Shown here: piece after piece, positions 35,870 to 49,476 of the stretch
How positions within the stretch are numbered: position 1 is the first letter of the stretch
How the letters are laid out: each line of letters starts with the position of its first letter
Assembly (NCBI RefSeq): GCF_000181795.1
Contig: NW_003526948.1
Location: 1,868,785-1,928,306, forward strand
DNA from: Trichinella spiralis
Lineage: Eukaryota
Length of the DNA: 59,522 bases
Reading direction: 5' to 3'
Position numbers and translations under genes: made by a program
Notes under the pieces: generated by a model
What the model was told of the DNA's origin: nothing
What the model saw: the letters and a program-made list of their open reading frames with translations, nothing else
The model's database searches: none

Positions 35870-38800
35870 ATGTCTCAACGTTTGTATAATTCTGATTTCT
35901 CAGAAATTTCTTCTGACCATGAAACTGAATCTGATGAAAAACGAGATGATGAAGCTGAAGCACACTATTTTCCGGTAGTAGTATATTTTAAATATTGTGT
36001 TTAGCTTTTCCAAATGAACTTTGCTATTATCGCAGGAAGTGTACGATTTAGTTGAAGAAAAGTATTTGTTTTTAAACAACTTATGATGACAGTTAAAATT
36101 GTATTATATGTGTCGTTTTGTATTTGTACATATTACAACGTGTTAATTTATAAAATTATTTGTACTTGCCATCCAAACAAACTATTTAAAGTGGTTGCCA
36201 AGAATTTATTTGTATTTCTTTGCATTACATCTGAAGAAAAATTGTTTACTAAGGATGTAGGTGCTTGACAGAGTTGCATTTTTAGCGAAAATAGATAATT
36301 TCTGCTTTATTTTTATGAATTTTTTTTGTAGGAAGATGAAGTTCCATATTTCCGTGGTTTGGGTAAGGATTCATCTGATTCATTTATTGATACGGATATC
36401 TCTGTGGATGAAGCAAAATTAACTCCAAACGAAGTAAATATATTGTGAATTTTAAATTTGCTGTTTTTAGAAAAAACCGTATTCTTTAAAATAATGTCAT
36501 GAGCATATTAATATTTTTTTCTTTATACTATACATATCATTAACTTTTTGTTCATTATAATATATAAGGTATTTTTTGTTGGTAAAGAAAAATTTGTCTT
36601 TGAACAATTAATGATGTTTGATTGCAAAGCGTATGTTAAATGCAGAGTAATTTTTAATTTTATTAATACATATTTTGTAGTTAATTTGAATCATTACTTT
36701 TTAAACGACTTGTTTAATTGTAATTAATAGAAAATGTGATTATTTTAATTGAATGTTAAACATTTTGTACTTTTATGTACTTTTAAGGATGCTTCGTCTC
36801 TCTATTTTCAAGGCTTGAATGCTCCGAAGCAGCGCAGAAAATCATGTTTTCGTGAGCTGAAGTATAAGAACAGAAAAGTATCTAGAAAACCAATAGAAGT
36901 TCAGGTAACTACATTTAGTATGTTTTGCTTTTTAAAAATATGATTTTCTGTGTTTGCTAGAATTTTTTTACTTTCAAGTAAGAATTACATGTAGAATATT
37001 AAAATACCATATAAAAGTGGCATTAGTTTTTAATGAATGCATTTTTATCTCGATATTATTGTTATTTTTGTGTCCAGTGAATTCTGGAATTATTTATTTG
37101 AGAATTTGTGCTTGATAAGCCGAATCTTTCACAGGCATGAAATTTACTTAAGTTATTCTATCAGATGGAAATGTCAAACAATATCAACAAAAATTAGAGT
37201 GATTTTTGCTTAAAAATTCTTGAAATAATTCTTGATTTTAGGAAAACCATGCCTTGAATAAGTACAAACGAGCGGTTACATTGTTGGCTACGGGGCGAAA
37301 AGATAAAGCTTGCTTTATGCTGCGTTCTCTTTTAAAAGCACCATTTTTAAAAGTATTTGTTTTTTTCATGTTATTTTATATTTATACTGTTAATATTTAG
37401 AAGAAAAAATCTGAGAGAAATTCTACTGGAATAAATAATGTTGCGAAATCCCTTCGGTACGCGATTTTTAAAAATCTTGCAAAGGTAGAAGCCAGGAAAG
37501 GTGATCATGATTCTGCTATGGCGTTGTACTTGAAGGTAAAATGTTATTGAAAAGGGATAAAAGCAGATTTGTGTTTTAATATTTACTTACTTCATCAAAA
37601 ACGTATCATAATTTTTGCTATGATAATTTACATGCAGAAGAAAATGTATTCTGTCTTGTATTTTTAAATTTCATGTATCATGTGTGGCGGCGATGTGAGA
37701 TTGGGTTTCTGAAATATATTTCTTATGGAAAGACTGTTTTGATCTAAAGTGCTATTTGGCAATGAAGAACAAATTATGCAAATTGAATATTAACATATTT
37801 TTATAGCTTTTACTTGTATCCCATTTTTTAGTTTGTAGTTATATTTTTGCATTTTAACTTATAAGAGTAATATAAAAAGGTTGAATTGAGAAAAAACAGT
37901 AAAAAAAAGTTTGATAATTTTTGTACTGTTGTATGTTGTAGCTTGTTGTGAAGTGCATGTTCGTTTTCATGACTGAAATGAATACTCTATTTGGTGTGTT
38001 CATTATATCAACCAATGCTTAGTGTTTTTTACTTTCAACAGGGAAGAGCTGAAAAATGATCTATTTTTTATTTGTTGAATTTAGGCATTCAAACTTTGTT
38101 CATCAGATTGGACCCTGTGCGTTGAATTTGGAATTGAAGCGACAAGGAATTTAAATATGGTCCTTGCAAGGGCTGCTTTTGGTCAGGTGAGTAGGTGTGC
38201 TTTCTTCTTTTATTTAATAATAATATTCATAATTTCTCTTTTAGGCTTTGAGCATTTCTCCAAATGACATGTTCGTTTTGGACAAGTACATTTCCACTTG
38301 TTACATTTTGGACGATTATATAAGTAAGTTATTATTTGAAAAATATTATTTATCATTTATTGAATTAATTAATTGTGTATTTTTTTAGGTTGTATTGAAT
38401 CGATTGGCCATGCATTGGAATTGGATTCAAATTATTTGCGCGGCTACGTTATCAGAGATGAAATTTTGAAACGTAACAAATATTTGAAAATGTTCACTAT
38501 TGAACAGCTACGAAATAAGCATTTTGAATATGGTTCTGGAGATGCTGAACAGGTATGAAATTGTTTTCAGCGAATTGTTTGAAATGAAAAATTAAATAAA
38601 TTTAGATTTTAATGCCTTTGAATAAAATAGCCGAGAGACTGCACAAGCCTTTGGTCAGTATCAGTTCAACCTGTATGAAATCGGTTCAGCCTCCTTGGAT
38701 TGTTATGATTCACAAGTTTGTGCAGTTTATTTATTTATTGTTATTTTGATGGACATAAATAAATATGCTTGTTTAGCTTGAGTGACTTTGGCAATGCACT

Positions 38801-41040
38801 GTGCGACGTTTGTGATTACTTGACAGAAAAAAGAGAAGTAAGCAAAACAGTTTGATTAAGTGGCAGTTTTGGATAAAGTTGACATTTAAATTAAATTATT
38901 ATTATTATTAGCGAAAAGAGATAGCAAATAAATATTGTCGCAACGGAATAATTTTTCAAATACACATTTCAATTTATAACTCGTTCATTCCACTGAATGC
39001 CATTTTTCCATGCGAACAAGTCTTCTTTTAAGCATTATTATCTGAACATGGACGAAGATGGAGATGTGTTGTAGAAATTTTTGTAATAATTTTGCTAAAT
39101 TTTTTTCACATACTTTATATTTTATTTTACTTTGAAAATCTTTCGGCTTGTCAGTGGAAAAACTGTTTTTAGCATATGGGGAAACTGATCGACTGGACGG
39201 ATATTTGGAGTTTTGCCTTTGATGAACAATTTGATGATTTGGCTGCAGTGGAAAGAGGAATTTCTTTGGCCACGAATGTGCAGGCACCGCGTACATTTGT
39301 CGAGTCGAATTTGCGGAAAAGAAAAGCAGACGATGCTTCAAGCAGCAAATTTTTAGTGCAACAAATGACCGCCAGTGGTGAACAAATGGAAACCGCAGGA
39401 GAAACAAATGCAATTAGGAAGTGGGCATATTTTTGGTTCATTTATTCATTTCGTTCGGTAGTTGGGTTCTTTTCCTTTTTCTTAAATAATGCATGATTGA
39501 CTAGGGTAAGATGTAGAAGGGAAAGTAAAAAAATTGACGTTGTGTTGTAGTGAATCGTCGAAATTGCCGTTGGGGAAAGGGCAAAAAGAGATGGTCGTAT
39601 TTAAGAGACGGTCGGCGAGATTGATTCCTGGGTTTCGTATGGAAGATCCGGAAGCATTTGGACCGCTGACCACGCGCCGGCTAACATTACGAGACAAGTT
39701 GTGTTTGTTGTTTTCGGACGAATTGTCGTTGAAAGATCCGGAACAATCTGCGCAGCATTGTGATAAGGGCAACGGTGGTGGGGTGATGAATGATGGGGAC
39801 GTGAAAAATGGTGACGATGGAGGGGATAATTTGCAAATTGCCTCGGTCGAATTGGCAGTACCCTGCTTGGTTGGCACTGTGGCAAAGCCGTCGCTTGTCG
39901 AATTGCAAGCATTGAACGGCACCTGCACCGTGGTGATGCTGTTGTTGAGATTTTTGTCCAAATTGTCCCGCATGGAAAGTTACTGGTGGTCGGACGAATT
40001 GCGCCGGTCGTTTTTGCGTTGTCATGCCTGGTGGTCGAAATACTGGAGTCCGGCCAAGTCGGAACAGGAGGATCGAATCCATTTGATGGCATTGGAATTG
40101 AAGATCCACTTTAAAAAACCGGCGAAAAAGCAGCTTCTGCTTGGGCAAGCGATCGCCATTACCAACACAGCCGACCAGTGTGGAGATCGCTTGTTTTCAA
40201 TTCGAGCTTACCATTTGCTGGCTAGGCTGTTCGAATTGAACAGCGTCGACGCTGCCGCTGGTATCCACTTCAAACGTTGCTATCAGCTGATGTTGGAAGC
40301 AGATCTGCCCGTGATGCGTGTTCCCAGTTGTGGCTTGACAATTTGCCGTGACGAATTGTACAAAAAGAACGAAATGGCCGATCTGAATCAGTTGCTTGGC
40401 CAAGTGGAACAACTAATTGAAGACGGTTCGATTGGATTGGCGGTGGAAATTTTGGAAAAAAGCCTGCACAGCTTGGTCCAGCATCATCAGCAATTGTTCG
40501 TTCGTCAGATGATGTTGTTGTCCTGTTACAAGCAGCTCGGCATGTCGACCAAAGCGGCACCGTTGTTTCTTGCGTTGCTCGACCAGCTGGTGGTCGATTA
40601 CAAACAGACGGATGTGGGCGAAAGGCGGACCGTTTGGGCACCGATACAGCGTCTGCTCGATGCCGGCGGTTGGCTGTTCCAAGGCGACGTTCGGGCGGCG
40701 GTATTTCAACCGTCGTTCTGCGGTCCAGTGGCCCAGCAGTTGGTCGAATTGATCGTTTTTGCCGACGAATATCCCTTCTACAAGCGAGACATACCGGATC
40801 AGTGTTGGCTATTGCCTTGGATATTTTTGTACAACATTTTGAATTGGTTCGAAATGGCGGAACTGGTGAAAAATGGCAAATTGTCATCACCACCGTCATC
40901 GACGACATCCCAACGAAAATCCCCACCTCGCGATTTGCGAATGGTAACCAATTCGTTGAACGTGCTGAAATTGGCACACGACGTGCTCGGTGAGAAAAGT
41001 CTCTGCATGGTTAGTTGTTTTTTTTCCCCAAATTCAGTTC

Positions 41041-41077
<37 letters not shown>

Positions 41078-43915
41078 CTGTTTCTGTAGCTCAACGATGG
41101 TCAGTTGTTGGAATTTTTTATGGAAGAAATTTTACGTACACTGCGACATCCGAATTTGGTAGCTCAGCCGGTATTGGATGGTCTGTTGGAAACGATGAAC
41201 GAGGCAGAGCAGTGCATATTTTGCATGTGCAGATATCCGATGAAGAGAAAGCGTAATCTTAGAGACCATTCGGTTGCAGCGGCCGGCCTGACTTGGAATC
41301 GAACGATCACTTTGTTCGATTTTATTATACCAGAAAAATTGCCTCAATGCGACAGTGCACCCAACGAATCTGTATCTTCGGAAGCGTTGCAGTTGCTTTT
41401 GCGTATGGAGACTTTTGTTCCGGAATCTTTGCATCTAAGTATGGAGTGAAATTAAATTTTTTTTCCTTTTTTTAACTTATACTAATTGTACAGGCAGTCG
41501 TTATCAGACTGAATGGGATGAGTATTTTTTCCATGATCGTAAGGATCCGCCATCGCTGACGATCGACAAACAAGTACCGGTAGTTTCGACCTTGTATTAC
41601 GTAATTGCCGATCATTATCTCAAGTATCAAGAATTTTCCAAAGCGGTCGATTATTATTTGCAAGATTTGTTAATAAATCCGAATCGATTTGACAGTCTAG
41701 CTGGATTAGCTCAAGCAGCTAGTGGAATTATTGATGCTCGTTTGTTTTCGGTGAGTTTTTGATCTGAACTCATTTTTTTTGATACTTTGCTTTTGTTTTT
41801 GTATATTATGTGTTATTGTTTTCAAATGTAGGCCAGTTTGTGCTTTACCATGGAAGAGGAAGCGCACATTTATCGTTGGTCACGGATCATAGTGAAAGCA
41901 TACGAGAAAGCATTAGAGCTTGACAAAACCCACGTCACATTTTGGATGGAATATGGTAATAGTGCATATTTATGCCATAGCTTCTACAGGCGATTGATTA
42001 ACCGACTGCGAGATGTACGTTCGATGATTTAATTTCATTAATTGTGATGTTTGTTTGTTTGTTATTTTTTTTATTAATTGTCAGAGTGGACAGTTGAGTG
42101 GAGAACAAGAAGTTGAGCTGAAGAGACGTCGAAATGATTTGCTGGATATTGCCGAGAAAGCTTTTCTGCTAGTCAGCAAGAATGCGAATTTTCAATCGGA
42201 AAGCAAAGACCAGTGGTTGGTGTTTTACATGCTTGGTAAAATTGGCGAAAAGAAGAATGACAGTTTGGAAAAGTTGTTAGCGTTGTATTTCAAATCCATC
42301 TATTCGTTGTATGCGGATGGAGTGCAGCTTGTGGAAAGCATTCGAGTGAACAATCCACCGCGTGGTTCTTTGGAAATGTTGGAATTGTATTATAGAATTC
42401 ACGTTTGCATTTTGAAAAATATTATTCTGGAACGAATTTCTTTTGAGCGGTTGGAAGATTTGTGCAATTTCTTAGCTTTGGTTCGTGGAAGTCCATGTTC
42501 AGCAATCACGGATGTTGTGTTGAAAAATAGTAGTTCTTCGTAAGTAATTTTTACGAATGATTTGTTGCATGCACGTCTATCTATACCTATATATGTACAT
42601 GTGTGTGTATATATATATAATTTATTTGATATTTTATTTTTATTCATTTTCAGAAGTTTGCTGACCGCAAATTCACAAGTTTATGGAGATTCAGGAATTG
42701 ATGAAATTTTGAATCGCAAAGTATTCAACTATGAAAATTCACAATACATTCGTTTTGGAAAGTCAACTTTATCTGGCCCTTTTATCTCGCTGCCGAATTC
42801 AACCCAGTCTGAAAATGCCGAGGCAATCGCAATGATTATGGAAATGTGCAGAGATGCATTTGTGTCTTGTATCCAACGGTTTTCTGGTCACTATAAATCA
42901 TACTACTGGTTGGCAATATTGTATTTTTCGTTAATGCCTTCACAGGTAGATGGGTTGATTGTGGCTTTTTCACGCTTGTGTTGTTCGGGTTGATTTTCTC
43001 TTTTTTTTACAGACGCCATGCACGTCAATGGAAATTTTATACGGGGCCGGTCGATCTGGCGACCCACTGCTTTCGAACGCTTTATTTCATTGTCGTAGAC
43101 AGACCAATCTTTTTGATGTGATTAGTTTTTAAAAGAAAATCTTTCTTTGAAATAATGTTATTTTTTGTTTGATAATATTTCAGGGAATTTGCAGTTATCC
43201 TGTTGACGATATCAATCGACCTGGTAGTTTTTATTTGCACATGCGTCGTTCGGTGAAATTGCTAATAGATTGTGCAATAAGTTTTGATGACTTGGAAACG
43301 TTGTGTGAAATTTTGTGGTATTTGCGAAAAAAGCCTGAAGTGGATAGGTAAATTTAAAAAAAATTGTAATTCAGTATATATGTATATGTATATGTATATA
43401 TATATAACGTTGGTGAGCATGTTTGTGTTGGGTCTTGTTCTGTTTTAGAGTGTATCTTCTCGAAGAGGATCGGCAAACATTTCTCAAAGAATTGCAATAC
43501 TTCGTGAGTGATTTTATCACAACGAGATATGCTTCACTGTCAGCGGAAGATCAACGGAAAACGATATGTATGATTTGCAAGCTCTACTTTTCCATAATAC
43601 GAGTACCTGGATTTTCTGTGTCCGACTGGAAGCAGTTAATTGTTAGCATGTATCTCATGATGAGCGGCAAGCAGGTGAAAATGAATTCTTTTTTGTTTTT
43701 TGTTTGTTTATTGTTGTTGTATGCATATGAAAACTGTTTTCGTATTTTAGGATGGAGATTTTACGCAGGCGTTGAGTTTCGCTCGCGGTTTGATGGATAA
43801 CAGAGAATATGGCTCTACCACTTTGTCTAGACACCCAGTGCTAAAGTCCAAAGGCAGAAAGCGTATGAAAGGCGGCAGCATTACAAATGCTGAGGATGGC
43901 GGCAATTTATTCTAA
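35870..43915 (+). CDS. CABIN1: Calcineurin-binding protein cabin-1 (HIRA complex TPR subunit), multi-exon
   Basis: N-terminal TPRs: SLRYAIFKNLAKVEA..AMALYLKAFKL..LARAAFGQAL..LDKYISTCYILDDY..CIESIGHALELDSNYLRGYVIRDEIL. Further motifs KRRSARL, LLPWIFLY, LKLAHDVLGEKSLC, EQCIFCMCRYP..LRDHS, LYYVIADHYLKYQEFSKAVDYYLQDLLINPNRFDS, YMLGKIGEK, LELYYRIH, RFSGHYKSYYWLA, DINRPGSFYLHM. First coding exon 35870-35974; last exon 43751-43915. Confidence 0.93.
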
Positions 43916-46590
43916 TTGATCCCTATCAACACAAACGAGGCAAGAAGAAAAAAGAAATGGTACGAACTGGTGTTTTTTCAGGGATTCTTTTATTGATTTA
44001 TTATATTTTACAATTTTATATTATTTTAGTTTATTTATCATGAAAATATGAAAAGTATTAAATTTTAATTGCACTTGTTACTGGCATTTTATGACAATTA
44101 TGCTAGTGCTGATGTGGACTGATTACGTTAATTATTCCGTGCTCTGAAGCTAAGTTGTTTTGAATAATACGTTTACCCTTTAGTGAACGAAATAAGTATA
44201 GAAATGCAAAATAAGAATTAAAGAAAGTACAGTCGCTTTCGTTTTTGCTGTAGGTCATTTCGAGTTGAAGTCTTACACGTAGCAGTGCTGAGAGCGTTTT
44301 ACGAAGTGAAGAAATAAATTAGTTGCATTGCATTCTTCTCATTCATATACTTTGAAAAAGAATTCTCCGTGTTTCACAAAGTTAATTACAAGCGGATAGA
44401 GCAAGCGGTGAAACTTGTACGGCTAGCAGAGTCGAGCATTGCACGAATTATTTGCATTAAATCTACTTATTTGCATGGAACACTGATTCAGCGTTGAATA
44501 TAGGTTGAAATTGTGAAAATTGAATGCAAATTCAACCTTAATTTAAAAAATCAAAAAACCAACAAATTTGATGCAGCATGTTTGAACAGAAAATAACGGT
44601 CGGAATATGGGTTCAGTGAATTTTCCAGATGACTGTAGATTGAAAAGAAAAATGGTTTTTTAGGTAAGAAAATGAGACAAAATACAAAATTTTCAACTAA
44701 ATTCTAAATGTTCACGTAAAATGTTTGAAAAGAGATCATTTCAATTTGATCTCTTTCAAACTTTTGACAGTGTTTTACTGTGCAGAATAAGTTTACGTTG
44801 AAAATATAAGAAAAGAATCTTTATGCATAATTGGAATTGTGGTTCAACAATCGGACCATTAAAAAAAAAGAAAGATATTTGTTTTCCCAGACACTTTGTT
44901 GGTGCCAAACGAGAGAATCGGTTTGCATCAGTTTCACTTTCTTCGGGCAATGGAATAAAAAATGTTGCTAAAACGTGATGCAGCCAACATATCAAAAAAA
45001 GTAAAGTTGAAACGCTGAAAATTGTAAGTTATAAAAACAAACCATGTCAAAAATTTTTTCAAATTATTTCGCTATATGGTATTTTGAAAATATGCATTTT
45101 TCTTGTTTCTGTTTACTGATTTACATTTCCAGTGAAAACCGGTGAATTTGCTTAAAAGTTACCAACTTTCAGTTAGCTTACCTTAGGTTTGTTCTTTCTT
45201 ATAGGCAGTTTGAAAGTTGCAATGCTCAAAGTGCTGTTTTTGATACTTCTTCACATTTGAAATAAATAAGAAAATAATTGAAAATGACGCCTTTTTCAAT
45301 CTTGAACTTGAACTTTTTTCAATGCCACTTGGGAAAATCACATCTCCGGAGTGAAGTGAATATAGAGGGTAAGTTATCTTCTATATTGATTTGTTGTGGC
45401 AGTGACCACGGATGACAGTGATTAAAAATGACGCAAAGAAAGATGAAGAAAAAGTGTTTATTAATAAATCTTAGAGAGTAATAAATTGTAATTACAATTG
45501 AATAGTAATGAGTGGAAATAATTTTTTTTACTTTTTATAGAAAGAATATTTGTTTTACCCATTCTGATTTGAAAATCAAAACTGAGCATTCTGTGTTTTT
45601 ATGTAACAATAATATTTTGCAGAATTGTTGAGAGGATATTTTTAAATATTCATATTTCGATTAAACGAAAGTTGTAATAACATTTTGCAGAATGCAAACC
45701 GGTGCATGTTCAGCGCAGACAATAGCTATTGGTGCGGTTGAAAATCTAACCCCGCAATATTAATAATTGAGCAAATTGCGTCTTAACGTCTTGCATATCG
45801 TTGTAATATGAAGCTTAAATTTAATTAAATCACTCTGTGCTCAAATTAAAGGTCGGTCAACATTGGTGCACGTTTGCTGGTGTAGCTGTTCTGTCGCGCC
45901 AAATTCACAACAAAGTCCACCTGTTTGGCTGCTTTGGAATCAATAAAACGATCGAGATAATTTCCAAGAACAAATCCAAGCAGAATATTTTCCTGGTTTT
46001 TGTTTTCAGTCGACCACCTTTCACAAAGGAGCTACAACACTTTCCTCTCCCAATCAACTTTGTCATTTTTCTTCTTCTCTTTGGTAATGCTTTTCATTCA
46101 GTTTCTTGTTGCAGTGTTTATTACGTAATTTCATTATTATCTGTTCCAGTGTAGAAGAATGTTTACATTGAAGTAATAGGAAAAATTTTAATAAATAGAA
46201 TTGTTGATAAAATAAATACAATGTCCGATTTATTGTATGTGAAAAATGGAAATTTAGAGTTCTGTTTGCTTGCGATTCCAAAAAAGAGCGCTATTTGATT
46301 GAAATTACGAATTAGTTTGATGTAGCTTTCTCGTGTTATTTATGACGTCGTTTGTAAATGGATTATACTGCAGTTAATTACCGGCTTCAATAGTATGTTA
46401 AATATTTTACTCTGCTCTGACATGAAATATCAGTTTGTATATCGGTGCATGTGCATGCACAGTGTAGAATTACTCTGAGAGGGTACTGTTTTAAATTATT
46501 TTTTTATTCAGTGAAAAAAGTTTAAAACTTCAACTTCTTCATGTCATTCACTTTGTAGATGACAATTTGTTCATTTTTACAAATAAACAT

Positions 46591-48504
46591 ATGGTGATTC
46601 GAACTGGTACCGATTCCAAATTAGCAACCTCCTCGTCATCGGTGAGCACAAATCACTTGCACTCGAACAGTGCATTTTTGATCATCGGAATTCTGGTGAT
46701 CTTTGTCAAAATTTTTCAACTTTACATCATGCTGGTGAAAAAGTTGCCGGTCAAGAATTTCCTCTTCATCAAAGGTAAGTATTAGATTTTTCACTTGTAC
46801 TTGATTTCAGTTAAAAATTTCATTTGCAATTTTGAATAATTTTAATTCAATTAAATAATTCGTAATTCTACAGCTGCTTAGCAACGTTGAAATTTATGTC
46901 TCTTGCAAATGCTTGCATTTTTGTCGCATTTTTATTCAGCTGCTTCTGAATAGCAGTAGGTAAAATTGAAACAATTGACAATGATGTTTTTCTTTTTTTC
47001 CCCTTGAAAACAAAACTGCTGTGCTAAAACTTAAAGCAGTATTAAGAAATATGTCACTGTGTTTTTTTTATTATTTCGCAGTTGAGGATCTGATTAGCTG
47101 CTTACGTAAAGCGATGACTGCCTCATGATCACAAATAGTATAATGTACAATTTGAAACCACTCCACTGGGAGGATCCTAAACTGTTGGGTCAGGTTTCAT
47201 TGTCAACACAATAGATACTTTTAATTTTACTCCGTGACCAAATGCAAATGCATGTCATTTTTAAAATTATCCACCTAACGTTTTTAGTTTCAGCGTAAAA
47301 ATTATTCCGAATCACTTGAACGATAATAAGCAGTAATTATATTATGCATGAGATTATGTGTCGAAATTTCTGCAAAGAAATCCCGAAGGATTGCATGTTA
47401 TTTTATAAATGAAATGTGCTGTTGGAAATTCAGTTTCTGTGATTTTTCACGAATGAACGAAATGGCTGTCAGGAAGCTTTTATTTTTCAGATGAAAGTTA
47501 TTTACTTGAAGAAAAAGCAAACACTAATTTGTTTAAATTATTTTATCAGTGCTTTTTCGATTTAATCGAAATGTTGTTTTCAATACTGGCCCGTTCAGAT
47601 TATCAGACGGAACTGTCAGCGTAGTCATAGGCAGACGTGTGACCAGTGGTTGATTTTATTTTTGCTGGTCGACTGTTTCTCATTCATTTATTCACGATAC
47701 TCAAAGCTGATTTGATTGTGTGCTTTAGGCAACACTGTAGCAGAAGTGTTTACCGGTTTGGGATATATGACATCCGCTATTCGACGAATATATGTATTTT
47801 TGCATCGGATCACTTTGTCGAATCGATTTGACTGTCTTTTTTACGCATTTCACATTACTGCATTTCCGTTTTCTGATATTTTTTCTTCGTTTTGTCTTTG
47901 CGCACTAGCAGTGGAGCAAGGACTAGCAATCGGCTTTCATAATCTATACAAAAAGCTGACCGATAATGTCCTTCGAATTATTCTTGCACTTTTATTTGTC
48001 TGCTCTTTCAGCTTAAACGTGCTAAATTGGATTTCAATTTTGCAAAAACGAGATTACACAGTATCAGCCAACTGTAACCTCTATGAGTGCACCTCTGCGT
48101 GGTTTTATGAACTGCAGTATATTTTGCCGTTATTTTTTACAACCGTTACTGTGATTATACACTTGGGCACATTTGTACTTTTTCGTTTACTTCGTCGTGA
48201 ACAAGGTTCCAACAATGAAATGCAAATGACACACACTCGACGCGTGAGCAGTATTTTCATTTCTAAATTTATTATCGCTTCTATGGAACGTTTGCTTTTG
48301 CTGACCAACGATATGTTTGCAACCAAAAGTGAACTCAGCTCGATATTATGGATGCTGCAAGGCTTCAACGTGATCCTGCAGACGGTCATCTACCTTTACG
48401 TTTATCCGGATTTTCGAGCTGAAGTTGCGGCATTATCCACGTGGCGTCGTTGTTGTTCTAAAAAAGAGCAAGTTTCCGTTCAAAGTATTGGAAACTTTGC
48501 TTGA
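46591..48504 (+). CDS. Seven-transmembrane GPCR-like (serpentine/chemoreceptor-type) protein, 319 aa, 2 exons
   Basis: Exon 46591-46774 (TM1, donor G|GTAAGT) joins exon 47729-48504 in phase 1. About seven hydrophobic segments; TM3 end LCALAVEQGLAI (DRY-equivalent position); extracellular Cys; TM7 FNVILQTVIYLYVYPDFR. Confidence 0.8.
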
Positions 48505-49476
48505 CCATTTGCGTTGCACTGATTTTGCAGTAAGCATGAAAAATCTGATTTTTCAGTTTTTACATTCTAAATAGTAGCCGAATTGCGATCAATACATTAT
48601 TAGTATAGGTTGAAATGATGTCTTTTTATTTAATTTTATAATTCTTTTCGAATCTTCATTCTTATCCCTGTAAAATGAATAAATAAACTACATAGTGCGT
48701 TGTTTTTTTTGGACGTTCGAACGTTCAATTCTATATCAAAAGTGGAAACGTTTTACGAGAAACGCTGTAGATTGTGTAATGTGAATTCTGTAATTAACCG
48801 CACATTCAGAGTACTATTAACTGCTTGGCAGATTTAATAAATTAAAGAGATTTGAGAATTTGTAGATTAATTTAATTTTATTTGCATTAAATGAAGCCGA
48901 ATATTTTTTTAACTGATTGATTTTTCACCGATTATGTAGAAATTGAAAAGAAGATCTAGTACAAACCCAGTATACCCCTACTATTTATTCAAAAATTTTC
49001 TCTTTACTTTATTATTCAACTGAGTAATAGATTATTGTTTTTTAAATTGACAATTAAAATGAACACCTGTTTTATTATTTATTTATTTTATTTATTCATA
49101 ATATTCCTATGAATCTCCCAGTGAAGATGAAGTAAAAATATTTCACATTTCGATATGTATATATATGTATTTTCAGACAAAATTTGTTCATTATTCCTAT
49201 TTTTGACTTCACTACCTATTTTCCACACTTGTATTAGACTTTATTAAATGAATTTTTCCAATCACTGAGTTGAAACGTTTAGCTGTAAAATTTATCAGCA
49301 GCTACATCTTTTTTGCATAAAATATACGATGAGACTGAACGGTTCAGTGTTGTCTGTCATTCAGAATGTTAGCATTTGTTTTCCCTCTTTCTAGTTTGCT
49401 TTACATTTTGAGAATTCTTTCTAACAGTCACAAAGCGTTCGTTTTACTAAAGAAGCCATTTAGCATCTTTAAGCAA

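Noticed and set aside
36036..36061. 26-nt exon-like segment (EVYDLVEE) in CABIN1 intron 1
   Set aside because: Out of phase with the next exon; the flanking exons join in frame without it and there is no evidence for use as a poison exon.
36800..36815. LYFQG (TEV-protease-site-like) peptide in CABIN1
   Set aside because: Lacks the EN prefix and falls in a natural exon; coincidence.
39421..39550. Apparent +1 frameshift at the A7 tract (39527-39533) in CABIN1 if the acceptor at 39504 is used
   Set aside because: A canonical acceptor (gtgttgtag|) at 39550 joins donor 39421 in the correct phase (..IRN-ESSKLP..), so no frameshift is needed.
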